From Candidatus Zhuqueibacterota bacterium (lineage in GTDB: Bacteria; BS750m-G25), in NCBI GenBank assembly GCA_016783505.1, contig JADHWK010000011.1:1-60160 (forward strand): DNA of 60,160 bases, in the 5' to 3' direction. The notes under the pieces were generated by a model. The model searched no databases, was not told the DNA's origin, and saw only the letters and a program-made list of their open reading frames with translations. The position numbers were made by a program, and so were the translations under genes. Position 1 is the stretch's first letter. The number at the start of each line of letters is the position of its first letter. Shown one piece after another: positions 26,047-36,495 of this stretch.

Positions 26047-28401
26047 ATGTTAAGACGTTTCTTTGGCGCCCCAGAGTCGTTACTTTTATGCTTACTTTAT
26101 TCCTCGACTTTCCTCTTTTCCTGTGAGCAACACCCGCCTCCTAAATCCTACTTTCCTGAAACTGGTCGAAATGCACTTTATCAGCGTTCCCTCGACCTGC
26201 GAAGCAATCTTAACGTTCTATCTATAGCGATTCAACCCGGTCATGAGGATCTCTCTGCCTTAGCGTTTTTCCGCCTTGGGCGGGGTGCAACAATTATGAG
26301 TGCCTACCTCACAAACGGGGAAGCTGGTGAGAGCGATGTCCAGGCAGAATATCCTCCGTATCTTGCCGCGATCCGCCGGGAGGAAGCCTCGAAGGCCCTT
26401 TCGTATCTGGGCGGCGGGGTTCATTTTCTTAATATGCCCGACATCGCCGCAGCGAGGGATTCGGCAAGGGTTCGGGAATTGTGGCCAAGCGACGCCCTCC
26501 AGGCGCGTCTGGTCAAACTTTTTTCCCAATTCAAGCCTGATATAGTCATGGTAGCTCGCGATTGGGCGGCTGAGGGGAAAAGCCCGTGGTGGGATGCTCT
26601 GTGTTCCGATGTGTTGGTTGCAGTTAAAAAGATCGTCCCAGCTAAATCGCAAAAAAATTTAGTGGGTACCAAATATCACCGGTTCTGGGGTATTGATCGT
26701 GTTTTTATTGATGATGGGAAAAGAAAAGGTATTTCAATTCCCGTTGACCAGCGTCATCCACGTTGGAAAAAAACCTATCGCGCCATCGGAGGGGAGGCTG
26801 CGCGGTTCTATGGTTCATTAGCGATCCAGCGGCGCCTGTGGATAAACGGCGAGGAACCATCCTACCGTCTTGTCTACCCGACTCCACCGTTATCAATTAG
26901 TGAAATTGATGCGGGGTTACCAGAGGCGAGTACGGCACGGTTACGCTTGATAGAGCAGGAAATCGAACAACTCACTAAGGCTACACTCCAGGGGAAGACT
27001 AAGAATCCATTAAGACGCCTGGTAGCCATCCTGGACTCCGTTAATTTTTACCTTGTACGACGATACACCTTACACGCCCGCGAACAGAAAACGTTGTTGC
27101 ACTGGAAAAGGGGGCTTGAAAACCTTCGCTGCACGTTGCTCGGTGTCGAAGTGGAATATTCAATCAGCGATACGGCTCTTACCGAGCGGCAATTGACTTT
27201 TCTGTCAATTGACACAGTTAAGGGGATAAGTTCTGAAGGGGACACAGATATATATTTTACTGACCTTGATCCAGGATGGGCCATCAATGAAGAACTGGAA
27301 CGAAGACTGCCGCTCAGGCTCCACCAGAAGTACCGTTTGCTCTCACCGTCACGTGTTGACTATACCTTTCCGCCCGGACTACATAAGTTACAATCCCCAA
27401 CCTTTGGAAAGCCATTTAGCTTTTTCATCATTCATCGTGCCCCATCAAAAGAACGAAGCTTTGTACACCGCACCACCATAGAGCTTTCGTTCGCCCCAAG
27501 ATTCGTCCCTGAGATTCTGACGCCCATCGTTCGCATGGTGCCAGGCGAGCGGGTCGTATTTCGACTCACGAATCTCTCGCGGGATGGCGTGGCAGACACC
27601 ATCAGAGTTGAAGATTCACTTGCTTCTTCAACAGAGAGCGCATTTCGCTTGAGCTATAAAGGAAGCTCCCATCTCGATACGCTGTTCATTACCTGGAAGG
27701 GAAATCCAGATGATGGAACCCATTTGATACCGGTACAGATTGACGGAATAACGGTAGCAAATTTCGCGGCAAGAAAGTTCCATACCAAGGTTGATACATC
27801 CAAAAAAATTGGAATTGTCACAGGATTACAGAATAGCCCCACAGAAAATGCCCTTCGCCGCTTGAACGTTAAATTTTCCACTGTCGGGTTAGGTCGAACG
27901 TTTTCACAGCAGATTGATTCATTAGACGTCCTCATTATTGACAGACGGGTACTCTCGTTGAAGCCGCAAATGGGAGATTTTAAGAATGAGATGGACAATT
28001 TCGTCAACCGGGGGGGTCATTTGGTTGTTCTATCGCAAGATGCTGCAACGTGGAACGCTAAACCGCTTTGGGCCGGGATGCACTTAACACCAACGTTACT
28101 ATTCGATGAAAATATCCCACTTGAGTTGGACTCAACGCATACACTTCTCACCTATTCCAATCTCATTTCTCCCGAGGATTGGAACGGATGGCTTTATTTG
28201 CGGGGTTACAACGTTGTCTCAGGTAGCGCCCTAGAAGACGCCCAGCTTCCGGTGAAAGTGAAGCGTGAAGGCGTACCGCTCATTGTTTTCCTGAGAGAGG
28301 GCAAGGGGAAACGGACTTATATTGATTTGGCACTTGGCCACCAGTGGATGAACATTCACCCCGGGGCATTTCGATTACTAGCAAACCTCATTTCATATTG
28401 A
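26047..28401 (+). CDS. Lipoprotein, PIG-L/LmbE deacetylase-like with a degenerate metal site and a C-terminal GATase-like domain
   Basis: Lipobox FLFSC; VLSIAIQPGHED where HPDD is expected; TNGEAG, IRREEA, FKPDIV; C-terminal FVNRGGHLVV...GKGKRTY...PGAFRLLANLIS. Confidence 0.8.
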   Translation: MLRRFFGAPESLLLCLLYSSTFLFSCEQHPPPKSYFPETGRNALYQRSLDLRSNLNVLSIAIQPGHEDLSALAFFRLGRGATIMSAYLTNGEAGESDVQAEYPPYLAAIRREEASKALSYLGGGVHFLNMPDIAAARDSARVRELWPSDALQARLVKLFSQFKPDIVMVARDWAAEGKSPWWDALCSDVLVAVKKIVPAKSQKNLVGTKYHRFWGIDRVFIDDGKRKGISIPVDQRHPRWKKTYRAIGGEAARFYGSLAIQRRLWINGEEPSYRLVYPTPPLSISEIDAGLPEASTARLRLIEQEIEQLTKATLQGKTKNPLRRLVAILDSVNFYLVRRYTLHAREQKTLLHWKRGLENLRCTLLGVEVEYSISDTALTERQLTFLSIDTVKGISSEGDTDIYFTDLDPGWAINEELERRLPLRLHQKYRLLSPSRVDYTFPPGLHKLQSPTFGKPFSFFIIHRAPSKERSFVHRTTIELSFAPRFVPEILTPIVRMVPGERVVFRLTNLSRDGVADTIRVEDSLASSTESAFRLSYKGSSHLDTLFITWKGNPDDGTHLIPVQIDGITVANFAARKFHTKVDTSKKIGIVTGLQNSPTENALRRLNVKFSTVGLGRTFSQQIDSLDVLIIDRRVLSLKPQMGDFKNEMDNFVNRGGHLVVLSQDAATWNAKPLWAGMHLTPTLLFDENIPLELDSTHTLLTYSNLISPEDWNGWLYLRGYNVVSGSALEDAQLPVKVKREGVPLIVFLREGKGKRTYIDLALGHQWMNIHPGAFRLLANLISY

Positions 28402-28546
28402 TATATTATAAGTGGTTAGCCATCTGAAGAAAGTGCACTAAATTATAATCTAATGCACCCAATCTAGGAAGGATGGCCTATTTTTGCTGATTACTTCACA
28501 TGGCTAAATAATTACGATATATTGAAGAAAAGGAGGGCGATTCACT

Positions 28547-29914
28547 ATGAAGAAACTTTTTTTCTTGGTTGTTCTCATTGCCTTCTCTTGTGCTGAACTA
28601 TTAGCACAGGAGCTCACCCCGACTGGTTCATTTGTACTCAATCTGGATTACGCAAGATTTCGCAACGATGATCAGTCTGGATACTTAGAAATCTATTATG
28701 GGTTTTATCCCCACCTTCTCACCTACCAATGGTCGGAAGGCAAATATAGGGCTGGGGTGCAACTGTGGACTCGACTGCGGAACAACAAGACGAAGGCGCT
28801 TGTGATGAGTGAACGAGCGCTGCTGCCTATGGTGGCAACTGATACGAGCGAGGCTTCGTTCCGTTACCCGTTCATCACCCAAGCCGGCTATGCCCTTCCA
28901 TTGGGCGACTATACCCTTGAAGTGGTCGCCAACGACTCACTCGCCCCGTCGCGTCGTGATAACATCAGCTTGGCGATCAGCGTCAATGCATATCCCAGTG
29001 GGGTGGGGTGCAGCGATTTGGAATTATGCAGCAATATCAAATCTTCCCAACAAAAGGACGATCCCTTCTTCAAAAACTCACTGGAGGTTGTCCCCAACCC
29101 TACATTAGTCTTTGGCATCACCGTTCATCCGGTGGTGTTCAACTACTTGGAGCTGTACAACTTAAACCCCGAAGAAACATACAGGGTGAAAACACTCATA
29201 ATTGACTCTGAAGGGAATATAGCACGAGAGTCATCAAAAACACGTAAATATGGGGTGAGGAATGCGATTGAGGTGGGTACCACAAACGTGACGTCAATCC
29301 TATCAGGGAAATATCGTTTTCGGCATTTGCTTTTTGACCACAGTTCAAGCGAACTAGGTCGAACAGAGAAAACGTTTTTCGTATATAATCCACATCTGCA
29401 AGGCCCTTCGTTAACCGGCCCTTTTTTCCAAATGAGCGAGCTAGCCGGACTGTCAGAAGAGGAACTGACAGCGGAGTTTCGTCAGGCACAGTACATTGCA
29501 ACAGACCGAGAGATCAAGTTGTTCGCACAAGTTGACTCCGAAGCCGGTAAGCGGGAGTTCCTGGCAAAATTCTGGGTTGATGTTGCGAAAGGGCGCTTCG
29601 ACCGTCCACCGATTAAGCGTGCGCAGCATTTGCAACGCGTCGCTGTTGCCAACGAACGGTACCGTTCAATGGGAAAAGAGGGTTGGCAGACAGATCGAGG
29701 CCGCGTCTATGTCCTATACGGGGAACCAGATGAAATCGATCGATTCCCCAGCCTAGGTGAAAGTAAGCCTTACGAGATTTGGCGTTTCCATAGAATCGAG
29801 AGCGGTGTGGAATTCGTATTTGTAGATGATTTTGGATTTGGATTCTATAGATTAGTTCACTCTACTAAGCGCGGCGAGTTGTGGGATGATCAATGGGAAA
29901 GCTATTTGAAATAG
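28547..29914 (+). CDS. GWxTD domain-containing secreted protein
   Basis: Signal peptide; GWQTDRGRVYVLYGEPDEI motif. Confidence 0.93.
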   Translation: MKKLFFLVVLIAFSCAELLAQELTPTGSFVLNLDYARFRNDDQSGYLEIYYGFYPHLLTYQWSEGKYRAGVQLWTRLRNNKTKALVMSERALLPMVATDTSEASFRYPFITQAGYALPLGDYTLEVVANDSLAPSRRDNISLAISVNAYPSGVGCSDLELCSNIKSSQQKDDPFFKNSLEVVPNPTLVFGITVHPVVFNYLELYNLNPEETYRVKTLIIDSEGNIARESSKTRKYGVRNAIEVGTTNVTSILSGKYRFRHLLFDHSSSELGRTEKTFFVYNPHLQGPSLTGPFFQMSELAGLSEEELTAEFRQAQYIATDREIKLFAQVDSEAGKREFLAKFWVDVAKGRFDRPPIKRAQHLQRVAVANERYRSMGKEGWQTDRGRVYVLYGEPDEIDRFPSLGESKPYEIWRFHRIESGVEFVFVDDFGFGFYRLVHSTKRGELWDDQWESYLK

Positions 29915-30084
29915 CAGCCTTATGATTTGTCGGCCGGTGTGTATGAAGTATAAATATTAGATCATGGAGGTGAATGGTCACACAATACCACCTTCGAGAA
30001 GAATGGCTGTTCCAAGGGGTCCCGGCTAGTCTATTATGTTGGTTTCGTCTCCTCACTATTATTTTCATTGATTAAGAAAAAGAG

Positions 30085-32354
30085 ATGGCAGCTCAAAGAA
30101 TCAAAATTCTGTTGCTCGCTTTTTTAGTTTGTGCCTACGCTGCTATGGCCTATGCCCAGGAAGTCACAATTACCGGATTCGTGCGCGATATGAATACCTA
30201 CCGAGAAATTGGCAATGTAAACATTTATATCAAAGGTACACAAATTGGTACCAGTAGCGACTTTGCGGGAAGATATTTGCTTCGAGTGCCTGTTACTACC
30301 GGACAAATGGTGGTAGTTTTCCGACACATTGCTTACGAGCCACGGGAGATTCCACTCGAATCGCTCTCGGAGATGCGGCAGGTTTATCTGCAGCCGCGTG
30401 TGATTCCATTAAGGGGCGTTACAATTGAGGAGAAAAGATACCAATCAATAGAGATAGAAAAGGATTTGCCCCAAACTGTTTCCATGGTTGAAGCACGGAA
30501 TTTTGAAATTCGGGGGTACGTTGATGCTGGCGACTTGCTTAGAATAGATCACAGTGTTCAGGTGGATGAAGAACTGAGCGGTAAAAAAACGGCCTCTATT
30601 CGCGGTGGCAACCCGGACGAAGTCTTGGTGTTGTATAACGGTATCAAAATGAACAACCCGTATGACAATACCTTTGATCTGTCACTGATTGATTTGGAGG
30701 ATATTGAAAGGTTTGAGATCATCAAGGGCAGCAATACGGCGCTCTACGGCCCTGAAGCATTTTCCGGTATAATCAACATCGTCCCCAAGGTGCAGCACGA
30801 TTACAATATTAGATTTCAGCAGCGGCTTGGCACCTATCGTTCCGGAAACTGGGGACTACACCTCTATCACAAGCTTAACCGTCTGCACGGATCTTGCAGT
30901 TTAAAACGCGGTGGTGCCAAAAGGAATTTTGTTGACGTGGCCGATGACAAAGGACGGCTGGAAAACACCTCCCTGCATCATACCGCCAACCTCACCTACA
31001 TTTTTTCGGATCATTCCGATGGGCGGCCGGCAAATTCTCTGGGCGCCATGTATATCTACTCGTCCATGAGGTATGACAACCAGCGTGACGTCGAGAGCTT
31101 GTCGAATCTAAACGAATTGCTGTCGTTTCAATACACCGGGGATATTGCCAGATTAAAAGACCTCGATGTGTCCGTATCGCAAGGTTGGAGGAGGAACAGT
31201 TTCTGGCCAGCGGCACTGGTGCACTCCACCGGTGTATAGAGGATCGGGCCATTTATATCAATACAAAGAAGGGTCTGAAATTCGGCCTGGTGGACTTATT
31301 ATTAGCGTATCAGTTTCAACACGCCGAGCTCGATTTCAGCGACGAACGAAGAAATCTCCAGGAGCAACCTGTTGGTTTGGAGTCCGCCCAATTTAAGCGG
31401 CAACACCATGGTCTGGTGTCCATTGCCAAATTAAATGAAGACATCGGCTCGGGGTTTCTTAAGACAATTGAGGTGAGTGGCAGTTTGCGTCGTGATTGGG
31501 TGCAGGATGAGCAAGCCAATCCAATACTACGTAGCGAGCCGCCGGAAGGCGAGCAAGGAAGTACCGTGGGCGTTTTCAACGAAAATAAGTGGCAAGAGAA
31601 TATGATTAAGTTTGCTCTGAGCCTATCTGGGGATCGGAAGGATCTCACATTTAACGGCTATTTAAGCTTTGGTATGAATACCAAATTTCCGACCCTGTTT
31701 CAGCAGATCAGCTCACCGATTTTGCTAACGGAGGCCGCCTCCCGTCCAAATCTTAGTCCGGAAAAAAACCGCAGCTCGGAATTGAGCGTTGTCGTAACCA
31801 GGGACATTCGCGGGAAAGGAAGCATCTACGGCTGGCAAATTTCCGGGAATTTTTTCCAGAACTACTACGACAATAAATTTCGCGTTTCAGCCATACCGGG
31901 CGTTCCGGTGGCCTTTTATGATAACGTTCCAAATGCACGAATTTCTGGAGTTGAAACCAAGTCAAGCGTTTTCTTCTTCCGCAAGAAGGTGACTGTGGAA
32001 TTGGGTATGTCCCGCTACTTTATCTCGGAAAAAGCCGCCTTTCCCTTTAAGTCCGACTTCAAACGAACGCTGAACTTCATCGTTGACCATGCTGGCTATT
32101 CATTTCAGATTCACTGGTTCAAAGAAGGGGAGCAGGCGGGATGGCTACGCCAGCAAAATGGCCACTTTGCGGAGATAACTCTTCCTGACTATTCAAACCT
32201 TGATTTACATCTGAGTAAGGCATTCCAGATGGGCAAACTAAAGCTATTTGCAAACGCCAGCGGTCGTAACTTGTTGTATGATGATGAGGTAGTCTTACAG
32301 GGTCTGGCCATCCGCGATCGCCGGTTCTACCTCACCGTGGGTGCGCAGTACTGA
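30085..32354 (+). pseudogene. TonB-dependent receptor split by a frameshift near 31175-31185 (ORFs 30085-31239 and 31185-32354)
   Basis: ORF1 has the signal peptide and plug (SIRGG, IERFEIIKGSNTALYG). ORF2 continues the barrel (NLSPEKNRS) and ends RRFYLTVGAQY. A sequencing error is possible. Confidence 0.8.
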
Positions 32355-32396
32355 GACAACCGTTTTCAATGATTAAAACTCAGAGGGTAAACGTGC

Positions 32397-33266
32397 ATGA
32401 AAACAGGGCGATGCATTGAGAAGGTTTTGTTCGGAGGGTTGTGTCTTTCAATTCTTTGGGGCTGTACCGAGAATCCCTTTACCTTCAGTGAGGAAGATAT
32501 CTCCTATGGGTCTCGCCAAATTCGCGGTAAGGTTATACTCAGTGACGGATCGAGCCCCGAGGGAGTTTATGTCTGGCTTGAGGGTTTTAATATCGATATG
32601 CGCACCGATGAGGCCGGCCAGTTCCAAGTGACTTTGCCACCACCAGCGAGTCAGGGAACGCCAGGGGGCGTGAGCGGCGTGTTTGACCTCTATTTCTATC
32701 TCGCCAACTATCACCTTACCTCCTCCCGGGTGATCGTTCGAAATGGCACATTTTCTTACGGTCAAGGAGACATTGATAAAAACGGCGAACTGATGGGGCC
32801 AATAATCTTGACGAAGTTTCTTCACATCAGTACCCAAGTGACACCCGCCTTTATTGATACAGATTTTGATGGCTCGGTATACGTAAAGATCACGTTGCAA
32901 GCCACTACTGACACAGTCACAGTGGTTTTCCCCAGGTTGGCCCAAGACCTAGTAGGCAGTGTGTTTTTGAGAAAACTAGATTCAGACGAAGTCTTTATTT
33001 TAACAACCAATAGTGTCGGCTATATAACGAATAGTGCAGAACTCATCGGACGGTCGCCATACAACCGGACAATGGTATTTGCCTTTCGTTCTGGAGCTTA
33101 CCCACCAGGAGACTATGAGGTTATTCCATACCTGTTGGTCAAACATGAAGTCATTCCGCAAGGACTGATTGAGAGTTTTGGTGAGAACGTCGAGGAACTT
33201 GGGCCAAATTATCTTAAAATCCCATTCCAGCGCCAGGGAGGACGGTTTGAGATCAGAAACTATTAA
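32397..33266 (+). CDS. Hypothetical lipoprotein with a carboxypeptidase-regulatory-like N-terminal domain
   Basis: Lipobox LWGC; IRGKVILSDG...RTDEAGQF. Confidence 0.8.
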   Translation: MKTGRCIEKVLFGGLCLSILWGCTENPFTFSEEDISYGSRQIRGKVILSDGSSPEGVYVWLEGFNIDMRTDEAGQFQVTLPPPASQGTPGGVSGVFDLYFYLANYHLTSSRVIVRNGTFSYGQGDIDKNGELMGPIILTKFLHISTQVTPAFIDTDFDGSVYVKITLQATTDTVTVVFPRLAQDLVGSVFLRKLDSDEVFILTTNSVGYITNSAELIGRSPYNRTMVFAFRSGAYPPGDYEVIPYLLVKHEVIPQGLIESFGENVEELGPNYLKIPFQRQGGRFEIRNY

Positions 33267-33536
33267 GATACAATTTGAAGTAAACTCTTGTGTCGTTTAA
33301 CCGATGCGCTTAACAAAACGAAGGTAAGTGGTTGCATAGGGTCTTACCATTGGTGTGTATAACATCAGGCGTTTGCAAGGCTTACAAATAGATTTATTGA
33401 ACTATGCCCGGAATAACCTTATGGCCTTCAAAGTATTACCTTTTTTCAATATTCACAATGATAAAATCCCGAAATTTTCACCTCAAAACAATATTACTGT
33501 ATTAGTATGTATCTGACCTTATATGATGGAGGTAGT

Positions 33537-34523
33537 ATGAGCGGGAAAAATCTTTGTATGACGATCGTGTTATTCCTGGCTGCAAACATTCAAGCCCAGG
33601 AAGGGTTTTTGCGGCCCGTGCATACATATTCCATTGTGGCTCGGGATTCTGTGACAGGTGAAATGGGCGTTGCCGTCCAGTCGCACTGGTTTTCTGTGGG
33701 GAGTGTGGTTACCTGGGCTGAGGCGGGTGTTGGTGCCGTGGCAACTCAATCCTTTGTGGAGGTTTCGTATGGACCTTTGGGACTTGAATTGATGAAAGCT
33801 GGTAAGACGGCACTGGAGGCATTGTCCGCTTTGCTGAAAGCCGATCCAAACCCCAACGTGCGACAGGTGGCGATGGTTGACAAACACGGCAATGTGGCTG
33901 TGCACACCGGGGCCAATTGTATTGAAGCTGCGGGGCACCATCTGGGGAAGCAGTATACCACACAGGCTAATCTGATGGAAAAGGATACTGTCTGGGATGC
34001 CATGGCAAAAGCGTACGAAACGACTTCTGGTGACCTCATTAATAGATTAATGGCTTCGTTAGAGGCTGCAGAGCAAGAGGGTGGGGATATCCGCGGAATG
34101 CAGTCGGCGGCTATTTTGGTCGTGCCAGGAACATCGCAAGGAGCCCCGTGGCGAGAAAAAGTTATTGAACTGCGCGTCGAGGATCATCCCCGGCCGCTTG
34201 AAGAATTAAAACGTTTGATCCGCGTTCACCGAGCTTACGAACACATGAACAAGGGAGACGAACTGCTCGCCGAAAACGATATGGAAGGCGCATTGATGGA
34301 ATATTCTAAAGCAAGTGAGCTGTGTCCTGAGAACGTGGAGATTATTTACTGGCAGGCTGTTACCATGGTAGGGGCTGGAGATGTAGAGAAAGCGCTGCCG
34401 CTATTCCGAAAGGTGTTTGAGAAAGATCCAAATTGGGTGGAACTAACTCGGCGTCTGCCAGCATCAGGATTGCTGCCTGATGATCCGGACCTTGTGCAAA
34501 AAATCATTTCAGTGGCACGGTGA
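33537..34523 (+). CDS. DUF1028 (Ntn-hydrolase-like) protein with C-terminal TPRs
   Basis: HTYSIVARD, GVGAVATQS, GGDIRGMQSAA and LRVEDH motifs; signal peptide; SD GGAGG. Confidence 0.9.
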   Translation: MSGKNLCMTIVLFLAANIQAQEGFLRPVHTYSIVARDSVTGEMGVAVQSHWFSVGSVVTWAEAGVGAVATQSFVEVSYGPLGLELMKAGKTALEALSALLKADPNPNVRQVAMVDKHGNVAVHTGANCIEAAGHHLGKQYTTQANLMEKDTVWDAMAKAYETTSGDLINRLMASLEAAEQEGGDIRGMQSAAILVVPGTSQGAPWREKVIELRVEDHPRPLEELKRLIRVHRAYEHMNKGDELLAENDMEGALMEYSKASELCPENVEIIYWQAVTMVGAGDVEKALPLFRKVFEKDPNWVELTRRLPASGLLPDDPDLVQKIISVAR

Positions 34524-34539
34524 GAAGGAGGAAACGGTC

Positions 34540-36417
34540 ATGAAATCCTTCACTGTTCGAACTATAGGCTTGCTCTGGCTTTGCTGTTTCGGCATTTTTG
34601 ACGGGCTATCCGCTCAAGATTCATTATACATCAGAACTCACTACACGAAGTCCGAGCACATGGTCCCCATGCGTGACGGGGTCAAGCTTTTTACCGCCGT
34701 TTATGCACCAAAAGACCCCTCGCAAACACACCCCATTATGCTTACGCGCACACCATATAGCTGTTCTCCCTACGGACTTGATGCCTATAAGAAATCCCTG
34801 GGACCTTCCGGCGATTTTGCAAAGGAGGGCTACATCTTTGTGTATCAGGATGTGCGGGGGAGATTCATGTCCGAGGGAGAATTCGTAATGATGAGACCCC
34901 ATAATCCAAAGAAAAAGGGACCAACCGATATTGATGAGAGCAGCGATACCTACGACACGATCGAATGGTTGTTGAAGAATATTCCCAACGATAATGGCCG
35001 AGTCGGCATGTGGGGTATTTCCTATCGGGGCTTTTACGTCACTAAGGGGATCATTGATTCGCATCCTGCCCTGAAAGCGGCTTCCCCGCAAGCTCCTATA
35101 GCTGATATGTTCATTGGAGATGATTTTCACCACAACGGTGCCTTCTTCCTCGCCCATGCATTCCGATTCCTATCGGTCTTTGGTAAGCCAAGATTGGGTC
35201 CAACAACCGAATGGCCGGAACGCTTTGATTACGGCACACCAGATGGCTATAATTTTTTCCTTAAGATGGGACCTCTTTCTAATGCAAACGATAAATATTT
35301 CAAGAACGAGATATCCATTTGGAACGATTATATGGATCATCCCAACTATGATGAATACTGGAAGGCCCAAAACGTGCTGCCACACCTCAAGAATATTAAA
35401 TCCGCAGTAATGACCGTTGGGGGCTGGTTCGATTCTGAGGACTCATATGCCCCACTAAACGTTTACGAGACGATTGAGAAGGAGAATCCAAACATCATTA
35501 ACACAGTTGTGATGGGGCCATGGTCTCACGGGGGTTGGGCTCGTACGGATGGTGATAAACTGGGGAACATTCAGTTCGGCTATAAGACCGGCCTTTATTT
35601 CAGAAAAAAGATTGAACTACTCTTCTTCAATTACTATTTGAAAGATAGTGGCGAACTAAATCTTCCCGAAGCATTGGTATTTGAGACAGGGACGAACGAA
35701 TGGAGATCTTATGACCGATGGCCACCTAAGGATATCGAGGTGAAGAATCTGTATTTTCACGCTAATGGAAAACTATCGTTCGACCATCCTATGGAGAAAT
35801 CTGAGCGGGCTTTCGATGAATACATTAGTGATCCGAGCAAACCTGTTCCCTTCACGGCCGAAATTACAACTTCAATGGGTCACACTTTTATGGTTGAGGA
35901 TCAACGCTTTGCATGGACTCGTCCTGACGTGCTAGTTTATGAGAGTGATGTATTGACTGAAGATATCACGATTGCCGGGCCAATCATAGCGAACCTATAT
36001 GTCTCGACTACAGGAACCGACTCAGACTGGATTGTAAAGTTCATTGACGTGTATCCTGACAACGCACCGGATAATGAACCGAATCCTTGCAACGTGAGAA
36101 TGGGTGGGTATCAAATGTTGCTTGCGGGTGAAGTCATGCGAGCCAAGTTTAGAAATAGTTACGAAAGGCCGAAGCCGATGGTATCCAATAAAGTCACCAA
36201 GTTGGAATTTGAATTGCGAGATAAGTATCATACATTTTTAGAAGGACACAAGATTATGGTGCAAGTTCAGAGCACATGGTTTCCACTTGTGGATCTCAAC
36301 CCACAGAAATTTGTAAATATTTACAGAGCAACTGATGCGGATTTTCAAAGAGTCACCCAAAGAGTTTATCATTCTAAGAGATATAGCTCCCATCTGAAGT
36401 TACCTATTATAAAATAG
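34540..36417 (+). CDS. CocE/NonD-family serine hydrolase (S15; amino-acid ester hydrolase / glutaryl-7-ACA acylase-like)
   Basis: VPMRDGVKL, RTPY, QDVRGRFMSEG, GISYRG nucleophile and GPWSHG motifs; signal peptide. Confidence 0.93.
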   Translation: MKSFTVRTIGLLWLCCFGIFDGLSAQDSLYIRTHYTKSEHMVPMRDGVKLFTAVYAPKDPSQTHPIMLTRTPYSCSPYGLDAYKKSLGPSGDFAKEGYIFVYQDVRGRFMSEGEFVMMRPHNPKKKGPTDIDESSDTYDTIEWLLKNIPNDNGRVGMWGISYRGFYVTKGIIDSHPALKAASPQAPIADMFIGDDFHHNGAFFLAHAFRFLSVFGKPRLGPTTEWPERFDYGTPDGYNFFLKMGPLSNANDKYFKNEISIWNDYMDHPNYDEYWKAQNVLPHLKNIKSAVMTVGGWFDSEDSYAPLNVYETIEKENPNIINTVVMGPWSHGGWARTDGDKLGNIQFGYKTGLYFRKKIELLFFNYYLKDSGELNLPEALVFETGTNEWRSYDRWPPKDIEVKNLYFHANGKLSFDHPMEKSERAFDEYISDPSKPVPFTAEITTSMGHTFMVEDQRFAWTRPDVLVYESDVLTEDITIAGPIIANLYVSTTGTDSDWIVKFIDVYPDNAPDNEPNPCNVRMGGYQMLLAGEVMRAKFRNSYERPKPMVSNKVTKLEFELRDKYHTFLEGHKIMVQVQSTWFPLVDLNPQKFVNIYRATDADFQRVTQRVYHSKRYSSHLKLPIIK

Positions 36418-36495
36418 CACCTAATCAATGCCTATTATCTGTAGGATGGTAAGCTGTTCCATTCATACGGATAGTAGATTTTTAGGAGAAAGATA

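Noticed and set aside
33270-33500. GTATAAC and GCTTAAC as attC R'' boxes
   Set aside because: No matching L arms or properly spaced GTTRRRY.
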